From Deltaproteobacteria bacterium (GTDB taxonomy: Bacteria > Desulfobacterota > Desulfobulbia > Desulfobulbales > JAJRZW01): DNA of 64,000 nucleotides. The position numbers and the translations under genes were made by a program. The notes under the pieces were generated by a model. The model searched no databases. It saw only the letters and a list, made by a program, of their open reading frames with translations, and was not told where the DNA came from. Below are positions 27,579-37,365 of the stretch, in pieces (positions within the stretch are counted from its first letter, which is position 1; each line of letters begins with the position of its first letter). The DNA lies in contig JAJRZW010000016.1 in NCBI GenBank assembly GCA_024275015.1, forward strand, positions 6,899 through 70,898, read 5' to 3'.

Positions 27579-29524
27579 TACTTATCCTGTGTCCACATAT
27601 CCGGGGTAAAACCGACAACCCGATTCCGGCCGGTCTCCTTGGCACTATAGAGGGCGACATCGGCGAATTTAATCGCCTCCCAGAAGGCGTGGGTGTCTTC
27701 GGGGAACTCCGAATAACCTATACTGAGAGTCTTCTGCAAAATCCCGTCGGGAATCTGGATTGCCGTGTCAGCCATAGTCCGGCGGATACGCTCGGCAAGT
27801 TCGGCAATATCTTCCCGACTTTTGACATCAACCAGCAGAATGAGGAACTCCTCGCCGCCGTAGCGGATCACCAGATCCGAGGCCCGGACACACGAAACAA
27901 GGACCTCGGCGGTGCGAATGAGGACCACGTCACCGCTTTCATGGCCGTGGGTATCATTAACTTCCTTGAAAAAATCCATATCGCACATGAGAATCCCGAC
28001 CTTTGTCCCCCGGCGGATGGTACTGGCCACGAGGGTCTCGCTGTAGGTCTCAAGGAAACGACGGTTATAGAGATCGGTCATCGGATCCTTGAGGGTGGTC
28101 TCCTGCAAAGCCGAAGCGAACCTCTTGGCCTCGATGACCGGGGTGGCCTCTTTTATATAATGCGCGGCCCGGGCCACGGTATGCCCAAAACGGGCGACGT
28201 CCTCTTCAGATGCCGACTTTTCAAGCAGAAACTGCACCACCCCCACCACCCGGTTACTGGCAACCATGGGAATACAATGGTGCAGAAGGTGGTCACCATG
28301 GGGAAACTGCTTGCAGATCCCGGGGAACTCCACCGAAGAAATGGCATGACCGGTGCGCTTGGCGCGGCAGAAATTGCAGTCATCAAGGATATCCGCACTG
28401 CATATATCCTTATAGTCGGAAGCAAAGGCAACGGTCATGTTGTTTTTGCTTCCGGTGACCTCGTAGATAAAAAAGTTGTCAAACTGATATCGTTCCTGCA
28501 ACAGCACCGCCAGACGCCGGTTGACATCGGTGGTTGACTCCTCCTCCTCGATCACCGACTTGAAGCTGTTAAGGCTGAATATATTATCCACCAGAACGTT
28601 GAGGTAACCGGCAAGCCGGCCGACCTCGTCGTCGGTCTTGACCTCGATCTTTTCGGTCAGATCTTCCTCGCCCTCGGCGATACCGCGGATCTTCTCCAGA
28701 ATCTCCCGCAGGGGATAGACGATGAGGAGTATATATAGAACCGTGGCCACGGTGAGAACCAATGCAATCACAATCCCGAAGCCGACCGCCCGACTCCGGG
28801 AACGATTGATCTCCGCCGACATGGCGGCAAAACGGGTGGCAGAGCTTTCATTCACCGCCACCGCAAAGCCGGCCACGCCGGTCTGGAGATCGTCAAGGGT
28901 GCAGACCAGATCATCCTCAAGGTCCTCCCGGGTTTCACGGTCGGAGTCGGCGCCTGTGGCCGCCTGGACAAAATCATTATAACTGACGACCAGGTCGGCC
29001 AGTTCACCGTCAAGAGCATCAACGCTTTCCCTTACCCGGGGGGACACCGGCGGCGCGATCGTAAACACGTCAAGGGTTTCGCCGCCTACCCGGGCAGAGT
29101 CTATCACCGGACCACCATATTTCAGGGATTTGATCATCCCGGCCATCTCCCGAAGACGGTCGTGATTGGCGACCACATGACGTGAATCCTCACGGGCGCT
29201 GCCGTCAAGAGGGATCTGCAACAAGGAGACCTTGAAACCGTTTATGCTCCGGAGAATATACTGACTTATCTTGTACTGGGGATTGGATACCTCACGCACC
29301 CTTGCCGCCAGAGATTCAATGCGCTTCAGGGAATGAGAATTCAGGACAATAATCAGGGAAAACCCGATCAGAGAGACCACCAGAATCCCGAGGAGCTTGC
29401 CGGTGATCCCGGTATCAAGAATTTTCCTGAAAAAACAGCCGATAAAGGTGTTGCCATCGCTGTGATAAATCCAGGCGCGCAACCCCTTCTGGCCTTCTTT
29501 CCTTTTTTCCGTCGTCTGATTCAT
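27575..29524 (-). CDS. Membrane sensor diguanylate cyclase (TM - periplasmic region - TM - HAMP - GAF-like - GGDEF)
   Basis: The sequence shows DPMTDLYNRRF, GHESGDVVL and RYGGEEFLILL (GGEEF active site), with RxxD upstream (SREDIAELAE region). Its stop overlaps the xseA stop (TTAA at 27575..27578). Confidence 0.85.
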   Translation of the reverse strand: MNQTTEKRKEGQKGLRAWIYHSDGNTFIGCFFRKILDTGITGKLLGILVVSLIGFSLIIVLNSHSLKRIESLAARVREVSNPQYKISQYILRSINGFKVSLLQIPLDGSAREDSRHVVANHDRLREMAGMIKSLKYGGPVIDSARVGGETLDVFTIAPPVSPRVRESVDALDGELADLVVSYNDFVQAATGADSDRETREDLEDDLVCTLDDLQTGVAGFAVAVNESSATRFAAMSAEINRSRSRAVGFGIVIALVLTVATVLYILLIVYPLREILEKIRGIAEGEEDLTEKIEVKTDDEVGRLAGYLNVLVDNIFSLNSFKSVIEEEESTTDVNRRLAVLLQERYQFDNFFIYEVTGSKNNMTVAFASDYKDICSADILDDCNFCRAKRTGHAISSVEFPGICKQFPHGDHLLHHCIPMVASNRVVGVVQFLLEKSASEEDVARFGHTVARAAHYIKEATPVIEAKRFASALQETTLKDPMTDLYNRRFLETYSETLVASTIRRGTKVGILMCDMDFFKEVNDTHGHESGDVVLIRTAEVLVSCVRASDLVIRYGGEEFLILLVDVKSREDIAELAERIRRTMADTAIQIPDGILQKTLSIGYSEFPEDTHAFWEAIKFADVALYSAKETGRNRVVGFTPDMWTQDKY

Positions 29525-29552
29525 CTGTCTGAGACCCGCCTGTTTACGATAA

Positions 29553-29663
29553 CCTGATCCGTGACGGCTTTAGGCCTTGCCTTTGCCCGCAAACGCCTGA
29601 CTCGTACGCTTTGCGCGAGCCTTGCGCTCTTGTGTCTGGTTCACCCCGATTAACGGATTCAGA
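29553..29663. repeat. Family C repeat, internally deleted derivative
   Basis: The left arm is CCTGATCCGTGACGGCTT, the internal part is GGTTCACCCCG and the right arm is TAACGGATTCAG. Confidence 0.55.
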
Positions 29664-29689
29664 TGATAAAAATGACATCACAATTCCAA

Positions 29690-29822
29690 ATCTACGGCGT
29701 CGAGGCGCATTGTTATTCGCTCAACTCCCACCATGGCGGGATATGGCCCTGCTCACAAAAAGCACCATCCTCCTTGTATATCGACATTCTTACTTAGCCA
29801 TCAACATATTTGTTACGAACCC
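29690..29822 (+). repeat. Family D repeat
   Basis: The sequence is ATCTACGGCGTCGAGGCGCATTGTTATTCGCTC...CACAAAAAGCACCATCCTCCTTGTATATCGACATTCTTACTTAGCCATC..TTTGTTACGAA. Confidence 0.6.
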
Positions 29823-29856
29823 ATCAAGTATAGACCGCCGCAACCGAGCGGGTAAA

Positions 29857-29907
29857 CAAAAAAAAGCCGCAGCCATTAACAATTAGTATAGTTAATGGCT
29901 GCGGCTT
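29857..29907 (-). terminator. Intrinsic terminator downstream of tRNA-Pro
   Basis: On the minus strand the hairpin is AAGCCGCAGCCATTAAC-(10 nt loop)-GTTAATGGCTGCGGCTT, followed by TTTTTTTT. Confidence 0.8.
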
Positions 29908-29915
29908 GAATCAAA

Positions 29916-29992
29916 TGGTCGGGACGAGAGGATTCGAACCTCCGACCCCAGCGTCCCGAACGCTGTGCTCTACCAGACTGAGCCACGTCCCG
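29916..29992 (-). tRNA. tRNA-Pro (anticodon CGG)
   Basis: Hand-folded cloverleaf: CGGGACG TG GCTC AGTCTGGTA GAGC A CAGCG TTCGGGA CGCTG GGGTC GGAGG TTCGAAT CCTCT CGTCCCG A CCA. Confidence 0.9.
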
Positions 29993-30237
29993 ACCCTGAA
30001 ATTCATTTCGTGACGGCTTTGCTGGCGTCGTAATAATTACGATCACCGCACCGGTTTTTCCAATCAGGTAAATTCGGCAATGCCTGCGGACCTCGATCGT
30101 CACCCTTTCATATCCTCTGAAACGGATCGACGGCAACGTCGGCCTAAAAATGAGGGATATATTGATATAAGATTTATTTAAACTTGGCAAGGCCTATTTA
30201 CGCGATCGTTCCGGTTATCCCGCGGCGCGGAATATAA

Positions 30238-30492
30238 CCTGAATCCGTGAACATCCGGGAACGGCTTCAAAGTAAACCCGAATCCGTAACGGCTTCATGT
30301 CGCCTGTATATGTATCCACTTGAATATACGAGTTTTAACCCAAACCTCACTTCGATGGAAATTTCACCCCGCCACCCGGAGGACGTCCAGGGATGACACA
30401 ACCGCTGGATCACCAACTCGTTGATATACCTAAGTATTATCAACGAGTCGTTTCCTTGCGTCCACACCGTTCCCGGACGTCGTGGATCCAGG
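30238..30492. repeat. Family C repeat (left arm duplicated, right arm degenerate)
   Basis: It runs CCTGAATCCGTGAAC..CCCGAATCCGTAACGGCTTC ... TTTCACCCCGCC ... CGTTGATATACCTAAGTATTATCAACG ... CGTGGATCCAGG. Confidence 0.65.
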
Positions 30493-30504
30493 CAAATAAT
30501 ATAT

Positions 30505-30534
30505 AAAAAAAAGGAGCCGCCCAATGGCGACTCC
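30505..30534 (-). terminator. Intrinsic terminator downstream of hup
   Basis: On the minus strand the hairpin is GGAGTCGCC-ATTG-GGCGGCTCC (one mismatch), followed by a T8-9 run. Confidence 0.7.
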
Positions 30535-30560
30535 CGAAAACTCTGCATCAATGCTCGTGC

Positions 30561-30833
30561 TTACTTGACCGAATCAGCCAGCTTGCTGCCGGGTTTGAAA
30601 CGGGCAACCTTGCGGGCCGCAATCTGAATGGTCGCGCCGGTCTGGGGATTACGCCCCTGCCGCGCGGCCCGATTGCTGACCGAAAAGGTACCAAAACCGA
30701 CCAGGGTAACCTTGTCGCCCTTGGTCAGGGCATCGGTAACCGCATCAAGAAGTCCGGTGAGAGCCTTGTCGGCAGCAGCTTTACTTATTCCCGCAGCGGA
30801 CGCCATCCTTTCAACCAGTTCACCCTTATTCAT
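30561..30833 (-). CDS. hup: HU-family DNA-binding protein
   Basis: The sequence is MNKGELVERMASAAGISKAAADKALTGLLDAVTDALTKGDKVTLVGFGTFSVSNRAARQGRNPQTGATIQIAARKVARFKPGSKL. The track start at 30926 is replaced by M32 (30833). Confidence 0.95.
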   Translation of the reverse strand: MNKGELVERMASAAGISKAAADKALTGLLDAVTDALTKGDKVTLVGFGTFSVSNRAARQGRNPQTGATIQIAARKVARFKPGSKLADSVK

Positions 30834-31014
30834 ACTTCCTGTCCTCCTGTGTTGTTGGTTTGGTAAGGTTTGCCAGCGAGCAGCTCCTAACTTGTCGATT
30901 AACCCGGAACCCCTCCGGATTATCAATAAAATTGACCTAACCGCTCAACAGATTTAAAAAACAGTACAAACGAATTTTAACCAAATGGCAAGAAAAAATT
31001 ACGTTTTATCCTCT

Positions 31015-31815
31015 TTAAATACGGCCGTTAAGGGCGACAAACACGCGCCCAATCCCCATGCCCGCCAGCGCGTCTCTTATTTTGTCTCGTAAATCCAAAG
31101 AGATAAAACGATCGAGATCGACCATGGCAAGTTCAACCCCGACAAAACTATTTTCCGCTGACAAAAGCCGCACCCGGCAGTGGACAAAGCCTGCCGCAGC
31201 AAGAGACGCCTCCGCCCGCGCCACCGTTTCGAGCCGTTCAGGGGTTAGTTCCAAGCCGCTGGCGATACGGGTGGCAAGACATGAGGAAGAGGGATAATCC
31301 CAGGCCTTAAGCCCCATGGTCCGCGCCATCTTCCTGATCGCGCCCTTATCAAGACCGGCGGCGACCAGGGGGGTTATCACCCCCAGTTCGGCCAAGGCGC
31401 GGCGGCCGGGACGAAAATCCACCAGGTCGTCACAATTGGTGCCGTCAAGGAGCTTTGTCTCACGGCCAAGGGATTCAAGGCGGTCAAGAAAAATCGAATA
31501 GATCCGCCGCTTACAGAAATAGCAACGATCAGCGGGGTTGGCACGAATCCGGGCATCGGCCAGGGGATCAATCTCCACCTTCTCAACCCGCACCCCGATG
31601 GCGGCGGCGTTATCAATGGCGCGCCTGGTCTCGGCGGCCGGATGCATAGGCGTCGCCGCAATCAGACCAAGGGTCCGATCACCATGAGCCACAGAGGCAG
31701 CCTTGAGAACCAGAGAGCTGTCAACCCCACCGGAATAGGCCACCGCGCTACCGCCGACCGCGACCTCGTCCACCAGCCGCGCAAATTTTTTTTCCGTTTC
31801 AATAGTCATAGTCAT
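31015..31815 (-). CDS. PP-loop ATP pyrophosphatase of the LarE/TIGR00268 type
   Basis: VAYSGGVDSSLVL is the PP-loop SGGxDS. Later Cys residues are present (RCYFCKRR). The length is ~265 aa. Confidence 0.7.
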   Translation of the reverse strand: MTMTIETEKKFARLVDEVAVGGSAVAYSGGVDSSLVLKAASVAHGDRTLGLIAATPMHPAAETRRAIDNAAAIGVRVEKVEIDPLADARIRANPADRCYFCKRRIYSIFLDRLESLGRETKLLDGTNCDDLVDFRPGRRALAELGVITPLVAAGLDKGAIRKMARTMGLKAWDYPSSSCLATRIASGLELTPERLETVARAEASLAAAGFVHCRVRLLSAENSFVGVELAMVDLDRFISLDLRDKIRDALAGMGIGRVFVALNGRI

Positions 31816-31835
31816 CCGGGGACCAACGGTTCACG

Positions 31836-31980
31836 AACTCGTAACAATCCTCGGGATGGCCAAGCAATAATTTCAATATACAAGGAGTGGTGTCCTTTTG
31901 CGAGCGGGGCCATACACCAGGTATGCCGAGCGAACAAAAGGACGCCACGACGCCGTAGATCGGAATTATTGCGACGCCAT
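31836..31980 (-). repeat. Family D repeat (inverted relative to 21877..22025)
   Basis: Its reverse complement reads ATGGCGTCGCAATAATTCCGATCTACGGCGTCGTGGCGTCCTTTTGTTCGCTCGG...CGCAAAAGGACACCACTCCTTGTATATTGAAATTATTGCTTGGCCATCCC..ATTGTTACGAGTT. Confidence 0.65.
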
Positions 31981-31982
31981 GT

Positions 31983-33170
31983 TCACCCATTCCGGCGATT
32001 ACCGCCGTCAGGCAATAATTCAATCGGTTTCTGGAGGAGAAACTCACCCTTTTTGATCCAGTCCTTGAGGGTCAGGGCTATCTCCCGGGCCTTGTAAAAA
32101 CTTGACAGGGGCGCGGTCTGGACTTTTTTACCATTAACCTCGATCTCTCCGCTCTTTAATTCAGCGTAGCTGACCTCGCCGTAATTACGGGCAATACCGT
32201 GGGAATAATCATGGGAATAATCAACAATCTGGGTATAGAGGTCAGCGTCACCCACTCCGGTGGCGGCGGCCATCTTTTCATCAAGGATCGGGATCGGGAT
32301 CCCCACCCCGACCGCGAGTGAGCAGCCATATCCCTGCATGCTCACCCCTTTGAGCCAAGCGGCATCCATATTCTTAAGGTCGCCCTGAAGCATCAGGGTA
32401 CCGGCCGGTCGTTTCGGGGTAATGTTATCCCGCCTCGGGGCGGCTGGATTATGCTGGGTCCCATGCCAGTTGACATAACCCACCCCACCGCCAAGGAAAA
32501 TCCTGGTCCCCATGCCGATGGTCCGGTAAGTCGGATCATTCATCAACGGACTCAACTCCGCCGCGCCACAATAGGTGGCATTTTTCCCCTTTGGCTTCAG
32601 GGTCCCCATATAGGTATAGATGGTGCGCTCGGAGAGGTTTATGGCACAATTATAGTTCTGGTAACAGTTACGGGGGTTAACCAGCATGGCGTAGGGCAGG
32701 TCGGCAAGGGTCACCCGCTTTTCAAGTTCGCGACTGGGATAGCAATCAGTGCCATAGGAATCAGCCCGCAGCAAGACCTCACGGCCAGCGACCAGATCCT
32801 CGATCACATGGCCGCCGCCATAACGGAACTCACCCGGAAAAACCTTGTTCAGTGGATCATCAACACTTGGCTCGGTGGCGCCGATATAGATGTCAACCGC
32901 TGCCAGCCCGGCATAGGCGACAACGTTGTTGAGCCAGACATGGGACGCCTTCAGGGTAGGGCTGGAATGACCGAAGTTGATGAAGACGCCGGAAGAGCAC
33001 ATGGGCGAGAAAGTGCCGGTGGTGACCACATCCACCTCCCGCGCCGCCGCCTCTGCCCCTTTTTCCTTAACAATCCCGACCATTTCCTCGGCAGTGACCA
33101 CCACCGCGGAACCGGCCCGTATCTTTGCGTTTATTTCATCAAAGGTCTTATTAACCCTGCACCCGGACAT
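31983..33170 (-). CDS. COG1900/DUF39 family protein (sulfide-dependent homocysteine biosynthesis family)
   Basis: NKTFDEINAKIRAGSAVVVTAEEMVGIVKEKG is the N-terminus characteristic of DUF39 as I recall it. The length is ~395 aa, with no fused CBS or ferredoxin domain. Confidence 0.72.
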   Translation of the reverse strand: MSGCRVNKTFDEINAKIRAGSAVVVTAEEMVGIVKEKGAEAAAREVDVVTTGTFSPMCSSGVFINFGHSSPTLKASHVWLNNVVAYAGLAAVDIYIGATEPSVDDPLNKVFPGEFRYGGGHVIEDLVAGREVLLRADSYGTDCYPSRELEKRVTLADLPYAMLVNPRNCYQNYNCAINLSERTIYTYMGTLKPKGKNATYCGAAELSPLMNDPTYRTIGMGTRIFLGGGVGYVNWHGTQHNPAAPRRDNITPKRPAGTLMLQGDLKNMDAAWLKGVSMQGYGCSLAVGVGIPIPILDEKMAAATGVGDADLYTQIVDYSHDYSHGIARNYGEVSYAELKSGEIEVNGKKVQTAPLSSFYKAREIALTLKDWIKKGEFLLQKPIELLPDGGNRRNG

Positions 33171-33204
33171 ATCGCCCCCTGATTTTTTTATAAACCTGAA
33201 TCTG

Positions 33205-33363
33205 TTAACAGTCGGTTGAAAAACGGGCTGGTCGCGGTGAATGTACGCGCCGCCGATTTTATTTGATTTAAAAAATCCAATAAAAATCGAGAGGTTGGCC
33301 GGAACTTGTTTTGACCAACCGGGAGTTGAAAAAACCAGAACGGCTCTTCCAACAGTCTGTTAA
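33205..33363 (+). repeat. Family A repeat, full length
   Basis: It runs TTAACAGTCGGTTGAAAAACGGGCTGGTCGCGG...GCGCCGCCGATTTT...AAATCGAGAGGTTGGCCGGAACTTGTTTTGACCAACC..GTTGAAAAAACCAGAACGGCTCTTCCAACAGTCTGTTAA, with TTAA at both ends. Confidence 0.85.
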
Positions 33364-33481
33364 TCGTTCAAAAGCGGATCGGACGCACGCAGACAGGCAA
33401 CGATGTTGATAATACTCGGATCAACGAATTGCCGATAAAACAGCTGTCCAACAAGACCGATGCCGCGTCCGGGCGTCGCTG

Positions 33482-33643
33482 TCATTCCATGTTTTCAATC
33501 GCCTGATAAGCAACCTGATAAGCAATAAGTAGAACAAAGACGGAGACAATGCAAGTTATGTTCCCGGTATCCCGTAAATCCCCTGCCGCCTTTTTCCCTT
33601 TCCAACCACCGAGATTTGCTTTAAACTCAGGCCGCATAGCCAT
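33482..33643 (-). CDS. Possible small membrane protein (53 aa), very tentative
   Basis: Manual translation gives MAMRPEFKANLGGWKGKKAAGDLRDTGNITCIVSVFVLLIAYQVAYQAIENME. AGGGG lies 3 nt upstream of the ATG and there is one hydrophobic segment. It is below the track length cut-off and no homology is recognised. Confidence 0.2.
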   Translation of the reverse strand: MAMRPEFKANLGGWKGKKAAGDLRDTGNITCIVSVFVLLIAYQVAYQAIENME

Positions 33644-33716
33644 TTACCCCTAATAAAAAGCCGCCACCGAATTTCAGGGTAATAAAAACCTACCGCCGTA
33701 TCCCGGTCCAGGAATC

Positions 33717-34835
33717 ATGAACGACAACAACACCCCGATGCAAAGCAAAAAAATAAGCCGCGTCCGACAACGCATAGACCGGATTGACGGCGAAATATTG
33801 GCCCTTCTCCACGACCGCCTTGCCCAGGCCCGGAATATCGGGCGGATTAAGGGAGAACAAAAACTCTCAACCTGGGACCCGGCCCGGGAACGGGAGATAT
33901 TCGCCCGTCTGGAAGAGCTTAACCGCGACATCTTCCCCCCGGCATCAATACGCAGTATCTTCCATGAAATCATCAGCACCTGCAGGGCCTCGCAAAAAAA
34001 AGTAAACATCGCCTACCTCGGCCCCGAAGGCACCTTTTCCCACCTTGCCGGAATTGAATACTTCGGCCAGGCCGCGGGATTCCGGGCCACCGAGACCATT
34101 GAAGATGTCTTCCTCGAGGTTGAACGGGAACGGGCGGAATTCGGGGTAGTGCCGGTGGAAAACTCCATCGAGGGCGCGGTCACCTCCACCCTTGACGGCT
34201 TCATGAGCCATAAAGTAATGACCTGCGGTGAAATCAACCTTGGAATCAGGCATAACCTGATCAATCAATCCGGCTCGCTTACCGCGATAAAGACGGTGGT
34301 CTCCCACCCCCAGCCCCTGGCCCAGTGCCGACAATGGCTCAAAAAGAACATGCCCGACATTCCCGTCCGGGCGGTATTCAGCACCGCCCAGGCCGCCGGG
34401 ATGGCAGCCGAAGACCACGGCATCGCCGCCATTGCCAGCTCACTGGCGCTCAAGACCTACAGTCTCCAGTCGGTGGTCAACGGTATTGAGGATTACAGCG
34501 GCAATACCACCCGTTTTCTCGTCATCGGCAAAAAATCACCCCAGGCCAGCGGCAACGACAAGACCTCTCTCCTGGTCGGGCTCATCAACCGCCCCGGGGC
34601 CCTCTATAACACCCTGGCGATCCTCGCCTCCCACAAGATCGACCTGAGCCGGATTGAATCACGGCCGGTAAAGGGCGACCCGGGCAACTATCTCTTCTTC
34701 CTTGACATGTTCGGCCACATTACCGACGCCGATATCGCCGCCGGCTGCGAGGCCCTGCGGACAAAGGTCGCCCAATATAAATGGCTTGGCTCCTACCCCT
34801 GCGCCCCGGACGAGGACCGCAACGGCCACGGCTGA
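33717..34835 (+). CDS. pheA: Bifunctional chorismate mutase / prephenate dehydratase (P-protein)
   Basis: The CM_2 N-terminus reads RQRIDRIDGEILALLHDR. The PDT domain reads IAYLGPEGTFSH, followed by a C-terminal ACT domain with ESRP. Confidence 0.95.
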   Translation: MNDNNTPMQSKKISRVRQRIDRIDGEILALLHDRLAQARNIGRIKGEQKLSTWDPAREREIFARLEELNRDIFPPASIRSIFHEIISTCRASQKKVNIAYLGPEGTFSHLAGIEYFGQAAGFRATETIEDVFLEVERERAEFGVVPVENSIEGAVTSTLDGFMSHKVMTCGEINLGIRHNLINQSGSLTAIKTVVSHPQPLAQCRQWLKKNMPDIPVRAVFSTAQAAGMAAEDHGIAAIASSLALKTYSLQSVVNGIEDYSGNTTRFLVIGKKSPQASGNDKTSLLVGLINRPGALYNTLAILASHKIDLSRIESRPVKGDPGNYLFFLDMFGHITDADIAAGCEALRTKVAQYKWLGSYPCAPDEDRNGHG

Positions 34836-34852
34836 AACGCGGACGAGGGAAG

Positions 34853-35857
<1,005 letters not shown>

Positions 35858-35859
35858 AC

Positions 35860-36366
35860 ATGCTTGGCCCGAAACGACTGACCAGATATTACCAGCTCCG
35901 CTTTCAACGCCTGAAAGGCGATCCCCGCTACCTTGCCCGGGGGATAGCCCTGGGGACCTTTATCGGCGTCACCCCAACCATCCCCCTGCACACCGTCCTT
36001 ACCCTGGCCCTGTCGGTCATCCTCCGAACCAGCAAAATCCCGGCACTTCTGGCCACGGTCGCGGTCAGCAATCCCCTGACCTTTTTCCTGCAATATTACC
36101 TCGCCTGGCGCATCGGCAATTTTATCCACCCCGGGGTCCTCTCCTGGGAAAGAGTAATGACAATGATGACCATACTAAGGACCCACGAAAGCTTTGCCGT
36201 CTGCCTTAACGCCGTCGGGGGCCTTGGTTTCGACGCCGCCACTGTTCTCCTGAGCGGCGGGATAATCATCGCCACCCCCATGGCACTGGGGGGGTATTTC
36301 ATTTCCCTGCGTTTCTTCACCGCCATCGCGGACAAAAAAGACCGGAAAAAGCATGAACCGCAGTGA
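35860..36366 (+). CDS. DUF2062-family membrane protein
   Basis: The sequence shows GDPRYLARGIALGTFIGVTPTIPLHTVL plus further TM segments. Confidence 0.65.
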   Translation: MLGPKRLTRYYQLRFQRLKGDPRYLARGIALGTFIGVTPTIPLHTVLTLALSVILRTSKIPALLATVAVSNPLTFFLQYYLAWRIGNFIHPGVLSWERVMTMMTILRTHESFAVCLNAVGGLGFDAATVLLSGGIIIATPMALGGYFISLRFFTAIADKKDRKKHEPQ

Positions 36367-37216
36367 AATAAAAAAAAACCTGGTCCACCACGGGCTTGCG
36401 CCAAGCAAACAACGAGGACAGAACTTCCTTGCCGACCCGATAATGGCGGCGGCCATTGTCCGCGCCGGCGGCATCAATCCCGGGGACACGGTGATCGAAC
36501 TGGGCGTCGGTCTAGGTGCTGTGACCCTGCCGCTCGCGGCAGTGGCGGCAAGGGTAATCGGCATTGAGATCGACTCCGGCATTGTCGATTATCATCACCG
36601 CCGCCAGGACCTGCCCGCCAACGTCGAACTCCACCACCAGGACATGCTCACCTGCGATTTCGCCGCCATCGCGGCCCGGAACAAAAACAGGCTGAAAATA
36701 ATAGCCAACCTCCCCTACTCGGTCTCAAGTCCGCTGCTGTTCAAACTCCTTGACCACCGCGACCTGATGGAATACGCCGTCCTCATGCTGCAGAAGGAAC
36801 TGGCCCAGCGCCTGGTGGCCCGGCCGGGGACAAAAGACTATTCAATCCTTACCGTCCTCTTTGCCGCCTCGGCCAGGGCCCGAAAGGTGATGGCGGTAGG
36901 GCCGGAAAACTTTCACCCCCGACCAAAAGTAGACTCAGCCGTGGTCCGGATTGACTTTCTCCCGGCCGGAGAAAGAGAAAGCCTTTATCCTCCCCATGAT
37001 TTCAAGTCCCTGGTCCGGGTGGTGAAGGCCGCCTTCAGCCAGCGGCGCAAGACCCTGTTAAACTGCCTCAAGGCCGGAAGACTGATCGCCGACCGCAGCC
37101 AGGGGGAAAAAATTCTTACCGGTCTCGGCATCGACAGCGGCATCAGGGCCGAACGTCTGAGCGTCAAAGAATTTATCAAATTGACCCTGAAATTGGGTGA
37201 ATCAGCAATCCATTGA
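36353..37216 (+). CDS. rsmA: 16S rRNA (adenine1518/1519-N6)-dimethyltransferase
   Basis: The sequence shows KQRGQNFLADP, VIELGVGLGAVT and IIANLPYSVSSPLL. The stop codon (37214..37216) lies inside a family A repeat. Confidence 0.95.
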   Translation: MNRSEIKKNLVHHGLAPSKQRGQNFLADPIMAAAIVRAGGINPGDTVIELGVGLGAVTLPLAAVAARVIGIEIDSGIVDYHHRRQDLPANVELHHQDMLTCDFAAIAARNKNRLKIIANLPYSVSSPLLFKLLDHRDLMEYAVLMLQKELAQRLVARPGTKDYSILTVLFAASARARKVMAVGPENFHPRPKVDSAVVRIDFLPAGERESLYPPHDFKSLVRVVKAAFSQRRKTLLNCLKAGRLIADRSQGEKILTGLGIDSGIRAERLSVKEFIKLTLKLGESAIH

Positions 37217-37310
37217 AAAACGGGGGTGGTAGCCGCGCATGGACGCGCCGCCGATTCTACCGGGTTTGAAAAACCCACTTGAATCAAGAGGTTGGCCGGA
37301 ACTTGTTTTA
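37210..37310 (+). repeat. Family A repeat, truncated (modules 1-4a)
   Basis: The sequence is CCATTGAAAAACGGGGGTGGTAGCCGCGCATGGACGCGCCGCCGATTCTACCGGGTTTGAAAAACCCACTTGAATCAAGAGGTTGGCCGGAACTTGTTTT. Confidence 0.75.
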
Positions 37311-37365
37311 AAAAAGAAAATCAGTCTATCAACCATCAACCCTGTGATGGCTTACGGCGGCACAA

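Noticed and set aside
30162-30190. TTGCCA-N17-TATCAA promoter-like pair on the minus strand upstream of tRNA-Pro.
   Set aside because: It lies ~165 nt from the mature tRNA 5' end, with repeat fragments in between. It is plausible but not supportable without TSS data.
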